DNA of 64,000 nucleotides from Dehalococcoidia bacterium (GTDB lineage Bacteria > Chloroflexota > Dehalococcoidia > Plut-88900): the NCBI GenBank assembly GCA_965207225.1, contig CBDBLV010000003.1, positions 295,419-359,418 of the forward strand, given 5' to 3'. The translations under genes and the position numbers were made by a program. This document shows positions 9,727-19,684 of this stretch, one piece after another (position 1 is the first letter of the stretch; the number at the start of each line of letters is the position of its first letter). The notes under the pieces were generated by a model. The model saw nothing but the letters and a program-made list of their open reading frames with translations. It made no database searches and had not been told where the DNA came from.

Positions 9727-10947
9727 CTAAACCACCCCCACCCGACCCAGCCTCTCCAGCTCGGTCTTGCTGTAGCCCAGCTCCCCGCAGTAGACCTCCC
9801 GGTTGTGCTCCCCCAGCCGGGGCGCGGGTCTCGAGACCTGCATCGGGGTGCGGGATAGCTGTGCGGGTCTAACGGGAAAAGCCTGTTCTCCCATCTCCGG
9901 GTGCTCGACCTGGACCCAGGGTCGACGTACCAGCATATGGGCATCCCGGTGAAGGGTCTCGTGGGTATGGACAGGCCCGACCATCACCCCTTGCTTCAGT
10001 CCCGCATCGACGGCTTCGGCGGTGGAATGCTGGAGCGACCACAGCAGGAACTCTTCATTCACCATGGCGAGGCGTTCGACGGGGTCGGCGAACTCCGGGT
10101 CGTCCATGAGTTCGGGCTTGCCTACGATATTCAGGATTTTTCTAAGGCGGCTTGGGGTGGTTGGATTGAGGGTGTTTACGTAGCCGTCCTCGGTCGGGAC
10201 TACCCCAGCGCCTGCGAGTACTACTCCCCTCGTCCTCTCTGCTATGGAGCCGGTGTAGGAGTAGAAGGCCAGGACGGGAACCCAGCGGTCGGCGGTGCCG
10301 GCCTGGGTCTCCATGGTAGAAAGGTCGACGTGGCTGCCTATGCCGGAGCGGTCTCGGGACCGGGCCGCCATCATGGTGAGCATTGCTGCGACCATACCCG
10401 CCTGGAACTGGACAATTCTCCCCCCGGCCTTCGCGGGCTCCCTGTCGAGGGCCCCGTTGATATACAAGGGCCCCGACAGCCCGGAAAGTATCAGTTCGGA
10501 AGCCTTGTAGTCCCTGTAGGGACCCTTGCGCCCGAAGTTGCTCAGGGAGGTCATTACCATGCCGGGGTTGATTCCCGACAGGGTCTCGTATCCCAATCTC
10601 TTCGTCTCCAAAGTCCCGACAGGATGGTCCTCCACGAGAATGTCGGAGTTCATTGCCAGCTCCCTCAGCACTCGCCCCCCCACGCCCGACTCCACATCCA
10701 GGGTTATGCCCCGCTTTCCAAGGTTCACGTGATTGTGCAAGGCGCCTCGGTTGTGATGAGGAAGGTCTTTGTAGAAAGGCGCCGCCCGGCGGAGCAGGTT
10801 GCCGGTGCGGGGGGCTTCCACATAGACCACTTCCGCTCCGTACGCAGCCAGTGCGCGGGCACAGTATGAACCCGGCAGACCTCGTGAGAGGTCGAGGACA
10901 CTGAGGTCGGAGAGGGGGCCCCGGGAGTCAGACAAGTTCACTTCCAA
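9727..10947 (-). CDS. Family III CoA transferase (CaiB/BaiF), apparently Asp-less subunit
   Basis: PLSDLSVLDL, FGRKGPY and APRLGEHN motifs. Has RIVQFQAG where the catalytic Asp is expected. Start uncertain (TTG or nearby GTG). Confidence 0.88.
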   Translation of the reverse strand: MEVNLSDSRGPLSDLSVLDLSRGLPGSYCARALAAYGAEVVYVEAPRTGNLLRRAAPFYKDLPHHNRGALHNHVNLGKRGITLDVESGVGGRVLRELAMNSDILVEDHPVGTLETKRLGYETLSGINPGMVMTSLSNFGRKGPYRDYKASELILSGLSGPLYINGALDREPAKAGGRIVQFQAGMVAAMLTMMAARSRDRSGIGSHVDLSTMETQAGTADRWVPVLAFYSYTGSIAERTRGVVLAGAGVVPTEDGYVNTLNPTTPSRLRKILNIVGKPELMDDPEFADPVERLAMVNEEFLLWSLQHSTAEAVDAGLKQGVMVGPVHTHETLHRDAHMLVRRPWVQVEHPEMGEQAFPVRPAQLSRTPMQVSRPAPRLGEHNREVYCGELGYSKTELERLGRVGVV

Positions 10948-10963
10948 TGATCAAGGCTGCCAT

Positions 10964-12268
10964 CTAGTAAAGCCTTCCTGTCATTCTGGTTGTGCCTGCG
11001 GGGTTGCTGGCGCCGTACATGTGCCGGGCCTCGACCTCGATCTCACCTGCCGCTTCCTGGTCGCCGTAGAGGACCCGTCCGCCGCCTAAGACCCTGTCCA
11101 CGGCGGGAAGACTGACCTTGTGGTGGCTGTCTCCGGCTATGACCAAGGCATTGGCCTCGGGGACCCAGTGGGTGAAACCCGGGTCTCCCTTTTCTGCGGT
11201 CATGTCGCCCACAGCGAGGGCCGTGCTGATACCGGCCTCCTCGCACAGGCGGCAAATCATCATCATTTCCACGCTCCCGTGGCCCTCGCTGATTGGGGAG
11301 ATTATCGCAGCGTCGGTGCCCAGCATCTTTGCCGTTCTTACCACACTTCCCGCCTCGCGTTCCTTGTCCTCCAGGGTATACGGGAACGACGAAAAGAAGA
11401 TGACGCCTCGAAAGTCTAGGTCGACTCCATGCCGGGAGTAAAGCTGTTCCACCACGGCGTCCCGCTGATATGTATAGGTGCAGTCCCGGAAGTTGGCCGC
11501 CATAAGGAAACCGGAATTCACAACCGCCCCGTCCATCAATTCGTTGGGGTGCAGGGCCACGGCCCAGACCCGCCTTGCCGAGCATGAGCCGTAAATGCTG
11601 GCCGAACTGCAGCAAATATAGACGATACGCGGCAATCCGGGGTCGACGGGGCCTAACTCACAGGTCCGGGTGTAGTCGGGAGCCAGGCCCCGGGCTTTGC
11701 TGGCGAGGTGCTTTGCAGCCTTGAGGCAGAGGTCGCGGGTTGCTTCCATTGTGAGGTTTGCCTCAGGTGTGCGGTTGTCCACCTCGAACTGGTCACTATT
11801 GGCGGAACGAAAGTCCCCGATTCCGGCCTTTGGGCTGAAGTGAAGGACAAGATTCACCGTTTGGGAAAAGGGCGAATATGAGGCCCAACGCCCGGACATG
11901 TCGATTATAGCCTCCCTAGCGTACCAATGTTCTTCACCCGCGAAGGGCTCGGCCGTTCCCACCACCGCTATCCCCGCCAATCTGTTTGTCGTGCCATTGC
12001 CCACCTGCCCCGGCGGTCCCAAGCGGCCGGGGAATATGGCCCCGGGCCCCGACACCTTGTCTCTGGGTTCCACCACGTCTATCGCATGGACGATACGAAC
12101 TCGGTCTCCGGGCCTGGCAACCTGCACCTGGATGTCCTCTATGTAGGGATTAGGCAACAGCCGGTCCTTCAATTCGCTCACGTTGACGTGTAGGGTCTTT
12201 CCCTCAACCCGAGTTTCTGGGGAGAACACCACGTCGTTGACCTGGAAGGAAGCGAGTTCGAGCCGCAT
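10964..12268 (-). CDS. Glycine/sarcosine/betaine reductase component B subunit-like (GrdE/GrdG/GrdI family), paralog 3
   Basis: MRLEL..F.V.DVVF, ARPGDRVRI, DVVEPR.K, IIDMSG..A.YSPFS.T.NLV, HPNELMDGAVV and LYSRHG.DL.F.G match the GrdE family pattern; 434 aa. Confidence 0.85.
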   Translation of the reverse strand: MRLELASFQVNDVVFSPETRVEGKTLHVNVSELKDRLLPNPYIEDIQVQVARPGDRVRIVHAIDVVEPRDKVSGPGAIFPGRLGPPGQVGNGTTNRLAGIAVVGTAEPFAGEEHWYAREAIIDMSGRWASYSPFSQTVNLVLHFSPKAGIGDFRSANSDQFEVDNRTPEANLTMEATRDLCLKAAKHLASKARGLAPDYTRTCELGPVDPGLPRIVYICCSSASIYGSCSARRVWAVALHPNELMDGAVVNSGFLMAANFRDCTYTYQRDAVVEQLYSRHGVDLDFRGVIFFSSFPYTLEDKEREAGSVVRTAKMLGTDAAIISPISEGHGSVEMMMICRLCEEAGISTALAVGDMTAEKGDPGFTHWVPEANALVIAGDSHHKVSLPAVDRVLGGGRVLYGDQEAAGEIEVEARHMYGASNPAGTTRMTGRLY

Positions 12269-12281
12269 ATTACGCAGCCGG

Positions 12282-13589
12282 TCAGTGTAGCCGTCCGAAG
12301 AGCCTTGTGGGGGCCGCGGGGTTGCTGGCCCCGAGCATCTGCCGGGCCTCTACTTCTATCTCCTCCGCTGCGTCCTGGTCGCCGTGCAGCACCCGGCTTC
12401 CGCCAATGACCTTCTCTACGGCAGGGAGGGCCAGTTTGGTGTGGCTGTCTCCCGCGAAGACCAGGGCGTCGGCCTGGGGTACCCAGTGAGTGAAACCAGG
12501 ATCGCCCTCGTTTGCCGTCATCTCTCCCGCACCGATGGCGGTACTGATTCCGGCCTCCTCGCACAACCTGCAGATCATCATGGTCTCGACGCTGGGGTGG
12601 CCGTCGCTGAGGGGCGCGATAATCGCAGCGTCGGCGCCCAGCATTTTGGCAGTCCGCACCGTGCTTCCAGCCTCCAGTTCCTTTTCTTCCAGCGTGTAGG
12701 GGAACGCCGAATAGAAGAGGACGCCCCGAAAATTGAGGTCTACCCCGTGCCGAGAGTACAACTCTTCGACGACAGCATTACGCTGGTAGGCGTAGGTGCA
12801 GTCGCGGAAGTTGGCCGCAATCAGGAAGCCGAAGTTAACGACCGCGCCATCCATCATCTCGTTCGGATGCATGGGAACGACCCACTTCCGGGTCGTGGAA
12901 AAAGAGCCGTAAATGCCGGCGGAAAGGCTCTTGCAGAGGTAGACGACGCCGGGAAGGGACGGGTCCACCGGGCCGAGCTCGTATGTGTGCACGTGGTCCG
13001 GGGTCATTCCCTTCGCCTTCTCGGCCAGGAACCTGGCGGCCTTAAGGGTCAGGTTTCGGGTGGCCTTCATCCGGTTCTCGGCTTCCCGCGTGCGGGTGTC
13101 GACCACGAACTGTTTGCGCCGTGCGGGGTCCAGTTCCTCTCCCCCCGGTTTCGGGATGAAGTGTAGAACGAGGTTGACGGTCTCCGAGAATGGCGAGTAG
13201 GCAGCCCCCGCACCCGACATGTCGATTATCGCCTCCCTGGCGTACCAGTACTCTTCGCCGACGAAGGGCTCCGCCGTGCCCACCACCGCCATCCCCGCGA
13301 GCGTGTTGGTCGTGCCGCTTCCCACATGCGTCGGCGGGCCGAGGCGGCCCGGGAACACGGTTCCTGCACCCGACGCCTTGGCACGCGGCTCCACCACATC
13401 AATAGCGTTAACTATGCGAGCACTCTCCCCGGGTCTGGCAACGTCCAGCCGGAGGTCTTCAATATATGGATCAGGTAGAAGTTGGTCCTTGAGTTCGCTC
13501 TCGCTGACGTACAAGGTCTTATCGGAGAGACGGGTCTCGGATGCGAGGACCACGTTATCTACATGGAAGGATGCCAGTTCGAGCTTCAT
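12282..13589 (-). CDS. Glycine/sarcosine/betaine reductase component B subunit-like, paralog 2
   Basis: Same motif set and highly similar to 10964..12268; 435 aa. Confidence 0.85.
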   Translation of the reverse strand: MKLELASFHVDNVVLASETRLSDKTLYVSESELKDQLLPDPYIEDLRLDVARPGESARIVNAIDVVEPRAKASGAGTVFPGRLGPPTHVGSGTTNTLAGMAVVGTAEPFVGEEYWYAREAIIDMSGAGAAYSPFSETVNLVLHFIPKPGGEELDPARRKQFVVDTRTREAENRMKATRNLTLKAARFLAEKAKGMTPDHVHTYELGPVDPSLPGVVYLCKSLSAGIYGSFSTTRKWVVPMHPNEMMDGAVVNFGFLIAANFRDCTYAYQRNAVVEELYSRHGVDLNFRGVLFYSAFPYTLEEKELEAGSTVRTAKMLGADAAIIAPLSDGHPSVETMMICRLCEEAGISTAIGAGEMTANEGDPGFTHWVPQADALVFAGDSHTKLALPAVEKVIGGSRVLHGDQDAAEEIEVEARQMLGASNPAAPTRLFGRLH

Positions 13590-13601
13590 CCCTTCTTCTC
13601 C

Positions 13602-14909
13602 TTAGTACAGCTCCGGCGCGAGCCTCGTCGGACCCATTGGGGCCGAGAGGCCGTACAGGCTCCTGACCTCTATCTCAAGCTCGGCGTCGGCGGGGCCCAG
13701 ACCATTCAGGAGATCCGTGCCGCCAATAACTTTCTTCACTGCGGGCAGCTTTATCGTTTCACGGTCGTTGCCGGAGGCCACCATGGCATCGGCCTCGGGC
13801 ACCCAGTGGTTCAGGCCCGGCTCCCCCGCCCCGGGCACCAGCTGCGACACGCCCACCGAGATCTTTATCCCAGAACGCTCGCACTTCTGGCAGACCATCA
13901 TAAAAGCGACACCGCTGTGTCCGGCCCTGAACGGCGACACGATGGCTGCTTCCGCATCGAGCATGTGGGCCAGCTTTACGGCGCTGTCGCTCTCTATCTC
14001 CTTCAGTTCCATGGTCGGCCCGAACCCCGAGAAAAAGACCACCCCCACGAAATTGAGGTCCTTGCCGTGCCTCTCATACAGCTCCCGGACAATGGAGTTA
14101 TTCTGATGGAAGTAGGTGCAGTCCCGGATGGCAGGTTCCACGAACCGGGTTGAAAGGACAAGGGCGCCGTCCATCATCTCGTTCGGGTGGAGCAGCATGG
14201 CGTGGTCGTAGGTGAAGTCGGACCATCCGTAGAGGGCGGCGCCGGTGTTGTGGTGAATGTAGGCCACCTTTGGCAGACCCTGGTCGACGGGGCCAAGTTC
14301 GTACTCAGACATTTCGTTGGGCTCCACGTCCCGCGCGATGCCTGCCAGGTACTCGGCGGCCCTCACGGTCAGGAGCCTCGACGCCTCAATGGCGCGCCTC
14401 GCGTCCTCGTCCCAGGCATCGACACCGTAGTTAGTCTTCTCACGGACCTCGTCCCCCGGGGTCTGGACGAACCTGACCACGAGGTTCACGGTCCTGGAAA
14501 AGGGGCACAGCTCCGCCCCGGGCCCCGACATCTCGATGATTCCCTCCCGGAAGGCCCAGTGGTCCTCTCCGGCGAAGGGCTCTGCCGCGCCCACCACCGC
14601 CACCCCTTTCAGGCGCAGGGTTCTGCTCTCACCCGCGCCCAGGGGCGGGCCGAGAAGGCCGGGGAAAACACGCCCGGGTCCCGGCGCCTTGGCCCTCGGC
14701 TCCACCACGTCCAGGGCATGGACTATCCGCACCGACTCCCCCGGCCTCGCAATTTCCACTTCCAGGGCCTCGAAGGGCAAGACTTGGGCGAGGTGCTCCA
14801 GCAGGGCGGCCTTGTTCACGTGAAGCACGTCGTCAACCAGCCCGTTGGCGTCCGAGAAGACAACATCCTTGACGTCGTATGAGGCCAGTTCCAGGTGCAT
14901 GAGCTTCAC
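13602..14909 (-). CDS. Glycine/sarcosine/betaine reductase component B subunit-like, paralog 1
   Basis: Same motif set (HPNEMMDGALV, TYFHQNN, LYERHGKDLNFVGV). More divergent than the other two. Confidence 0.85.
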   Translation of the reverse strand: MKLMHLELASYDVKDVVFSDANGLVDDVLHVNKAALLEHLAQVLPFEALEVEIARPGESVRIVHALDVVEPRAKAPGPGRVFPGLLGPPLGAGESRTLRLKGVAVVGAAEPFAGEDHWAFREGIIEMSGPGAELCPFSRTVNLVVRFVQTPGDEVREKTNYGVDAWDEDARRAIEASRLLTVRAAEYLAGIARDVEPNEMSEYELGPVDQGLPKVAYIHHNTGAALYGWSDFTYDHAMLLHPNEMMDGALVLSTRFVEPAIRDCTYFHQNNSIVRELYERHGKDLNFVGVVFFSGFGPTMELKEIESDSAVKLAHMLDAEAAIVSPFRAGHSGVAFMMVCQKCERSGIKISVGVSQLVPGAGEPGLNHWVPEADAMVASGNDRETIKLPAVKKVIGGTDLLNGLGPADAELEIEVRSLYGLSAPMGPTRLAPELY

Positions 14910-14947
14910 CCTTGGGTGTCTGGGCCGGTTGGGAAACTTGGTCGAGG

Positions 14948-15006
14948 ATTATAGCACGCAGGGTTACGTCCTCTCGTTGACATCGCCCTCGGCGCGTGTC
15001 TAACAT
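14948..15006. promoter_or_regulatory. Divergent sigma70-type promoters
   Basis: Plus strand TTGACA(14977-82)-18nt-TAACAT(15001-06). Minus strand TGcTATAAT (ATTATA at 14948-53). Confidence 0.55.
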
Positions 15007-15079
15007 TGTCCCCGCCGACGAGACCCTTAGATTCAGTACATGCTATCCACAAATCAGACATTCCCAACGGTTGCCAGCC

Positions 15080-16294
15080 ATGTTTGACCAAGCCCTGGAA
15101 GGCGTTAAGGTTCTCGATCTAACTCAGTACATCGCCGGGCCGTTCTGCACAAAGCTGATGGCCGACTACGGCGCCGACGTCATCAAGGTCGAAAGACCCG
15201 ACGGCGGAGATCCGGCCCGGCACCTCGGGCCCTTCCACCAGGACGACGCCCACCACGAAAAGAGTGGCCTCTTCCTCCAGCTCAACACGAACAAACGGAG
15301 CGTTACCCTCAACCTCAAGGTCACCTCCGGCAGGTTCATCCTCCACGAGCTGGTCAAGGAAGCCGACATCCTGATGGAGAACTACGCCCCCGGGGTGATG
15401 GACTCCTGGGGCCTGGGCTTCGACGCCCTCGCCGCGATCAATCCCCGTCTCGTCATGACCTCCATCAGCAACTTCGGCCAGACGGGGCCGTACCGCGACT
15501 ACAAGGCATCGGAGTTGGTGCTGTTCGGGATGGGAGGCGAGATGCACTCCATAGGGATGGAGGGTCGGGAGCCGCTGAAACAGGGGGGCAACGTTGCCCA
15601 GTACGAGGCCGGGGCCACTGCTGCCACCGCCGCGATGGGCGCCCTCTGGGCCGCCGACCGGGACGGCGAGGGGCAGCACCTCGACATATCCATCTTCGAG
15701 ACCCAGCTGGGCGGTGTAGACCGCCGGCACGCCGCCCTCATGGCCTACGCTTACTCCGGCCGCATTAGCGTCCAGCAGGCGGGGTGGCTGGGGGCCGCCT
15801 TCGCCTCGGGCACCCTGCCCTGCGCGGACGGCTACATCGAGATGGCCGGGGGCGGACACCTCTTTCCCAGGGTAATAAAGATGCTCGGCAACCCTGAGTT
15901 CCTCCAGGACCCCAAGTGGCTGGAACCGGGCGCCGGCGCCGATCCCGACCTCAATGAAGAGTTCAACGAATTCTTCATACCCTGGCTGATGGAACGGACC
16001 AAGCGGGAGGTCTGGGAGGAGGGACAGAAGGCCCGGGTGCTTTGCGGGCCTCTCTATTCCATGAGTGATTTGCTGGATGACCCCCAGTTTGTTGGACGGG
16101 GGTTCTGGCCCAAGCTCGACCACCCACACACCGGCCCGGTCTCCTATCCCGGGGCCCCGACCCGCATGGCCGAGACCCCCCGCCAGATGCGCCGCCCGGC
16201 TCCCGAGCTTGGACAGCACATCGAGGAGGTCTACGGCCACCTCGGCTACAGCCGGGACGACCTCACCAGGCTTCGGGAGAGGGGGGTCATCTAG
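15080..16294 (+). CDS. Family III CoA transferase (CaiB/BaiF), apparently Asp-less subunit
   Basis: Likely start ATG 15080 (MFDQALEGVKVLDL). IAGP, NTNKRS and FGQTGPY motifs; NVAQYEAG at the catalytic position. Confidence 0.92.
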   Translation: MFDQALEGVKVLDLTQYIAGPFCTKLMADYGADVIKVERPDGGDPARHLGPFHQDDAHHEKSGLFLQLNTNKRSVTLNLKVTSGRFILHELVKEADILMENYAPGVMDSWGLGFDALAAINPRLVMTSISNFGQTGPYRDYKASELVLFGMGGEMHSIGMEGREPLKQGGNVAQYEAGATAATAAMGALWAADRDGEGQHLDISIFETQLGGVDRRHAALMAYAYSGRISVQQAGWLGAAFASGTLPCADGYIEMAGGGHLFPRVIKMLGNPEFLQDPKWLEPGAGADPDLNEEFNEFFIPWLMERTKREVWEEGQKARVLCGPLYSMSDLLDDPQFVGRGFWPKLDHPHTGPVSYPGAPTRMAETPRQMRRPAPELGQHIEEVYGHLGYSRDDLTRLRERGVI

Positions 16295-16296
16295 CA

Positions 16297-17625
16297 ATGA
16301 CAACCCTCGCCAACGGCAAGGCCGCGAAGCTGCCTCTGGAGGGCATCCGGGTCCTGGACTTCTGCGTGGTTTGGGCCGGGCCCTTCGCCACCCAGCTCCT
16401 TGCAGACCTGGGCGCCGAGGTCATAAAGGTTGAAAACGTCCACCACTGGCAGCCTATGACCCGGGGCTTCCAGGCGCGACCCCCCAAGGAGACCCTGCCC
16501 GACCTGCCCCCCATGCTGGGCGGCTACCCGGACAGCGACCCCGGGCCCCGTCCCTGGAACCGGTGCCCGGGATTCAACAACCTCTTCCGCAACAAGAAGA
16601 GCATGACCCTGGACCTCAGGCAGCCCAGGGGTCGGGAGATCCTCAAACGCCTGGTCAAAGAGTGCGACATCTTCTACGAAAACAACGTCACCGAGACCAT
16701 GGAGAAGCTGGACATCAGTTACGATTTCCTCAAGTCCATCCGCCCTGACATCATCATGATGCGCGTCCCCGCCTACGGAAGCGTCGGGCCGTACAGGAAC
16801 TACAGAGCGCTGGGGGTGCACCTGGAGTCGGTAATCGGGCACTCGTTGATACGGGGGTACCGGGACTCGGACCCGTCAACCAACAGCGCCATATACATGG
16901 GGGACTACGCGGCGGGTGTGCAGGGGGCCTTCACCGTCCTGGCCGCCCTGCACTACCGTAAGCGCACGGGCAAGGGTCAGCTAATCGAGCTGGCCCAGGC
17001 CGAGAACGCAGTCAACTTCCTCTCAGAGGCGGTGATGGACTACACCCTGAACGGCCGGGTGCAGGGGACCCTGGGAAACCGCAACATGTTCGGATCGGCG
17101 CCCTGCGGGGCCTTCCCGGCCAGCGGAGACAACAACTGGATTAGCATCACCGTCTCCAACGACGCCGAGTGGCAGGGCCTCTGCGAGGCCATGGGCAACC
17201 CCGACTGGTGCAAGGACGAACGCTACTCCGACCAGTACGCCCGCTGGAAGAACGCCGACCAGTTGGAAGAGGAGCTTTCCCATTGGACGGTCCAGTTCGA
17301 CAAGTACGAGGCCTTTCACCTCCTCCAAAGCCACGGCGTGCCCTCGGGGCCAGTGATGCACGCCGGGGACGCCCACTCCGACCCCCATCTGAAAGAGCGG
17401 GACTTCTTCAACCGCATAACCCACGCCGAGGCCGGGACCCACGACTACCCCGGCTTTATCTTCAACATGTCCCGGACCCCGCCGGTAGTGCGGAGCGCTC
17501 CATGCCGGATGGGGGAACACAACGAGTACGTCTACAAGGAGATACTGAAGGTTTCCGACGAGGAATACGCACAGCTGGAGGCCGAGGGCCACATCGGCAT
17601 GGACTTCGACCCCGAGATCCCGTAG
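16297..17625 (+). CDS. Family III CoA transferase (CaiB/BaiF), catalytic-Asp-containing subunit
   Basis: PLEGIRVLDF..WAGP, RNKKS, YMGDYAAG and TGKGQLIE. Confidence 0.92.
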   Translation: MTTLANGKAAKLPLEGIRVLDFCVVWAGPFATQLLADLGAEVIKVENVHHWQPMTRGFQARPPKETLPDLPPMLGGYPDSDPGPRPWNRCPGFNNLFRNKKSMTLDLRQPRGREILKRLVKECDIFYENNVTETMEKLDISYDFLKSIRPDIIMMRVPAYGSVGPYRNYRALGVHLESVIGHSLIRGYRDSDPSTNSAIYMGDYAAGVQGAFTVLAALHYRKRTGKGQLIELAQAENAVNFLSEAVMDYTLNGRVQGTLGNRNMFGSAPCGAFPASGDNNWISITVSNDAEWQGLCEAMGNPDWCKDERYSDQYARWKNADQLEEELSHWTVQFDKYEAFHLLQSHGVPSGPVMHAGDAHSDPHLKERDFFNRITHAEAGTHDYPGFIFNMSRTPPVVRSAPCRMGEHNEYVYKEILKVSDEEYAQLEAEGHIGMDFDPEIP

Positions 17626-17648
17626 CCCCACATCGCAAGGAGAATTAG

Positions 17649-18554
17649 ATGCCGGATAGAGAAAGAGTCGGGTTCGTCGGGTTGGGGATCATGGGCAAAG
17701 CCCAGGCCGCCAACCTCCTGAAGGCAGGCTTCCCCCTGACCGTCTACAACAGGACCCGCAGTAAGGCCGACGAGCTGGGCGGTGAAGGCGCAACCGTCGC
17801 CGACACCCCCGCCGACGTCGCCCGAAACAGCGACGTCACCATAACCATGGTCAGCGATTCGCCGGACGTGGAGCAGGTGATTTTGGGCAAGGGCGGCGTG
17901 ATCGAGGGCGCGGCCTCGGGGTCCGTGGTCATCGACATGAGTACCATATCTCCCCAGGTAACCCAGAACATAGCCGGGGCCCTGGGGGAGAAGGGTGTGA
18001 GCATGCTGGACGCCCCGGTGAGCGGGGGGTCGTGGGGGGCGATACAGGGGACCTTGTCCATCATGGTGGGCGGCGACAGGCAGGTCTTCGACCGTTGCAT
18101 GCCCGTCTTCGAAGCCATGGGCAAGACCATCATCTACACCGGCGGCAACGGTATGGGCCAGGTGACCAAGCTGGTCAACCAGATCATGGTCGGGGGGACG
18201 CTGGCGGCGGTCTGCGAGGGCCTGGTCTTCGGGGCCAAAGCCGGAATCGATCTTGACCCCGTCTTCGAGGCGGTGTCAGGAGGGGCGGCGGGATCGTGGC
18301 AGCTCCAGAACCTGGGGTCCCGGCTCCTTAAACGGGACTTCGACCCCGGGTTCATGGTCAAGCTAATGCATAAGGACCTGCGCCTGATCACCGACGCCGG
18401 GCGGGAGATGCAACTTCCCCTTCCTCTGACCAGCCTGATCCACCAGTTCTACCACGTCCTCCAGAACGAGGGCTACGGAGACGAGGGCACCCAGGCTTAT
18501 GTAAAGGTGCTGGAGAAGCTGGCCGGGGTAGAAGCCCGGGGCCGGGAGGCTTGA
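17649..18554 (+). CDS. NAD(P)-dependent beta-hydroxyacid dehydrogenase (GarR/MmsB family)
   Basis: GFVGLGIMG, LDAPVSGG, KLVNQ and F..KLMHKDL. Confidence 0.92.
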   Translation: MPDRERVGFVGLGIMGKAQAANLLKAGFPLTVYNRTRSKADELGGEGATVADTPADVARNSDVTITMVSDSPDVEQVILGKGGVIEGAASGSVVIDMSTISPQVTQNIAGALGEKGVSMLDAPVSGGSWGAIQGTLSIMVGGDRQVFDRCMPVFEAMGKTIIYTGGNGMGQVTKLVNQIMVGGTLAAVCEGLVFGAKAGIDLDPVFEAVSGGAAGSWQLQNLGSRLLKRDFDPGFMVKLMHKDLRLITDAGREMQLPLPLTSLIHQFYHVLQNEGYGDEGTQAYVKVLEKLAGVEARGREA

Positions 18555-18555
18555 A

Positions 18556-19590
18556 GTGAAGATGCGCTTCGGGGTGGGGATGGGGGGCACCCTCACCACC
18601 AAGAACGTGGGAGAGCACGCCAAGGTCGTCGAGGACAGCGGCTTCTCCTACCTCACTCTGGTCGACTCCCCGCCTAGGTCCCGGGACGTCCACATCATGA
18701 TGGCCCTGGCGGCCATGGCCACAAAGAGGATCAGGATCGGGCAGGGAGTCGTGGACCCGGTGACCATACACCCCTCGGTCATCGCCAACATGACGGCCAG
18801 CATCAACGAGATGTCGGATGGCCGGGCTTTCATAGGCTTGGGAACGGGCAATCCCATCGTGAAGCACCGCAGGAAAGTAACCCACGCCGTCATGCGGGAG
18901 GCCGTTCACTTCATGCGCAAGTTCATGGCAGGGGAGGAGGCGGAGTTCCAGGGGGTGAAGATGAAGTCCTTCTGGATCGGAGAGCCCCTGCCCATCTACC
19001 TGTCGGCCCACGGGCCCAGGACCATGCAGCTGGCCGGCGAGATCGCCGACGGCCTGATCTCCCTCTGCGTGGACCCCGTGTACGTCGAATGGGAGATGAA
19101 GCAGCTGCGCAAGGGCGCCGAACGGGCGGGGCGGGACGTATCGAAGATCGACACCTGGGCCCGCACCATGCTCTACGTCGCCGATTCTAAGGAAGCCGCG
19201 CGCCGGGAGACCTCCGCCTACCCCTCAAGCTACGCCGACCTCTGCGACATGCTGGAGAGGGACGACGATGACGTGGCCGAGCTGAGGGAGGCCCTCGAAG
19301 CCAACGAGCCGGGCTCTGTGCAGGCGCTGATCAACGACTCCCGGGCCTTTGCCAACGCCCTTGACCCGGACGTGGCCGAGAGGGTGGATGCGCCCCACTC
19401 CAGGGCAGTTACCCAACGGCTGATCGACTTCTACCACATCTCGGGCCCACCCTCCGAGATGTGCGAAAAGATAGAGAGGCTGGGAGAGCTCGGCATCAAG
19501 ACCATGTCCATGACCGCCTACACCCTCATCGACAAGATGGGAATGTTTCGCAAGGTCGGGGAGCACATCATTCCCCGCTTCTCCCAGTAA
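18556..19590 (+). CDS. LLM class (luciferase-like) flavin/F420-dependent oxidoreductase
   Basis: AMATKRIRIG, GRAFIGLGTG and PIYLSAHGPRTMQLAGEIADG. Confidence 0.88.
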   Translation: MKMRFGVGMGGTLTTKNVGEHAKVVEDSGFSYLTLVDSPPRSRDVHIMMALAAMATKRIRIGQGVVDPVTIHPSVIANMTASINEMSDGRAFIGLGTGNPIVKHRRKVTHAVMREAVHFMRKFMAGEEAEFQGVKMKSFWIGEPLPIYLSAHGPRTMQLAGEIADGLISLCVDPVYVEWEMKQLRKGAERAGRDVSKIDTWARTMLYVADSKEAARRETSAYPSSYADLCDMLERDDDDVAELREALEANEPGSVQALINDSRAFANALDPDVAERVDAPHSRAVTQRLIDFYHISGPPSEMCEKIERLGELGIKTMSMTAYTLIDKMGMFRKVGEHIIPRFSQ

Positions 19591-19684
19591 AAGACCCTCC
19601 CCCCTCTTCATCTAAACTTCCCGTCATTCCCACGCAGAACATGCCCCCGAGAAGTCGGGGGAATCCATCCCTCCTCTTTCTCCC

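Noticed and set aside
10948-15079. Hidden selenoprotein grdA/grdB with in-frame UGA
   Set aside because: Intergenic gaps are only 12-16 bp, or a 170-bp promoter region, and no GrdA/GrdB-like sequence was seen.
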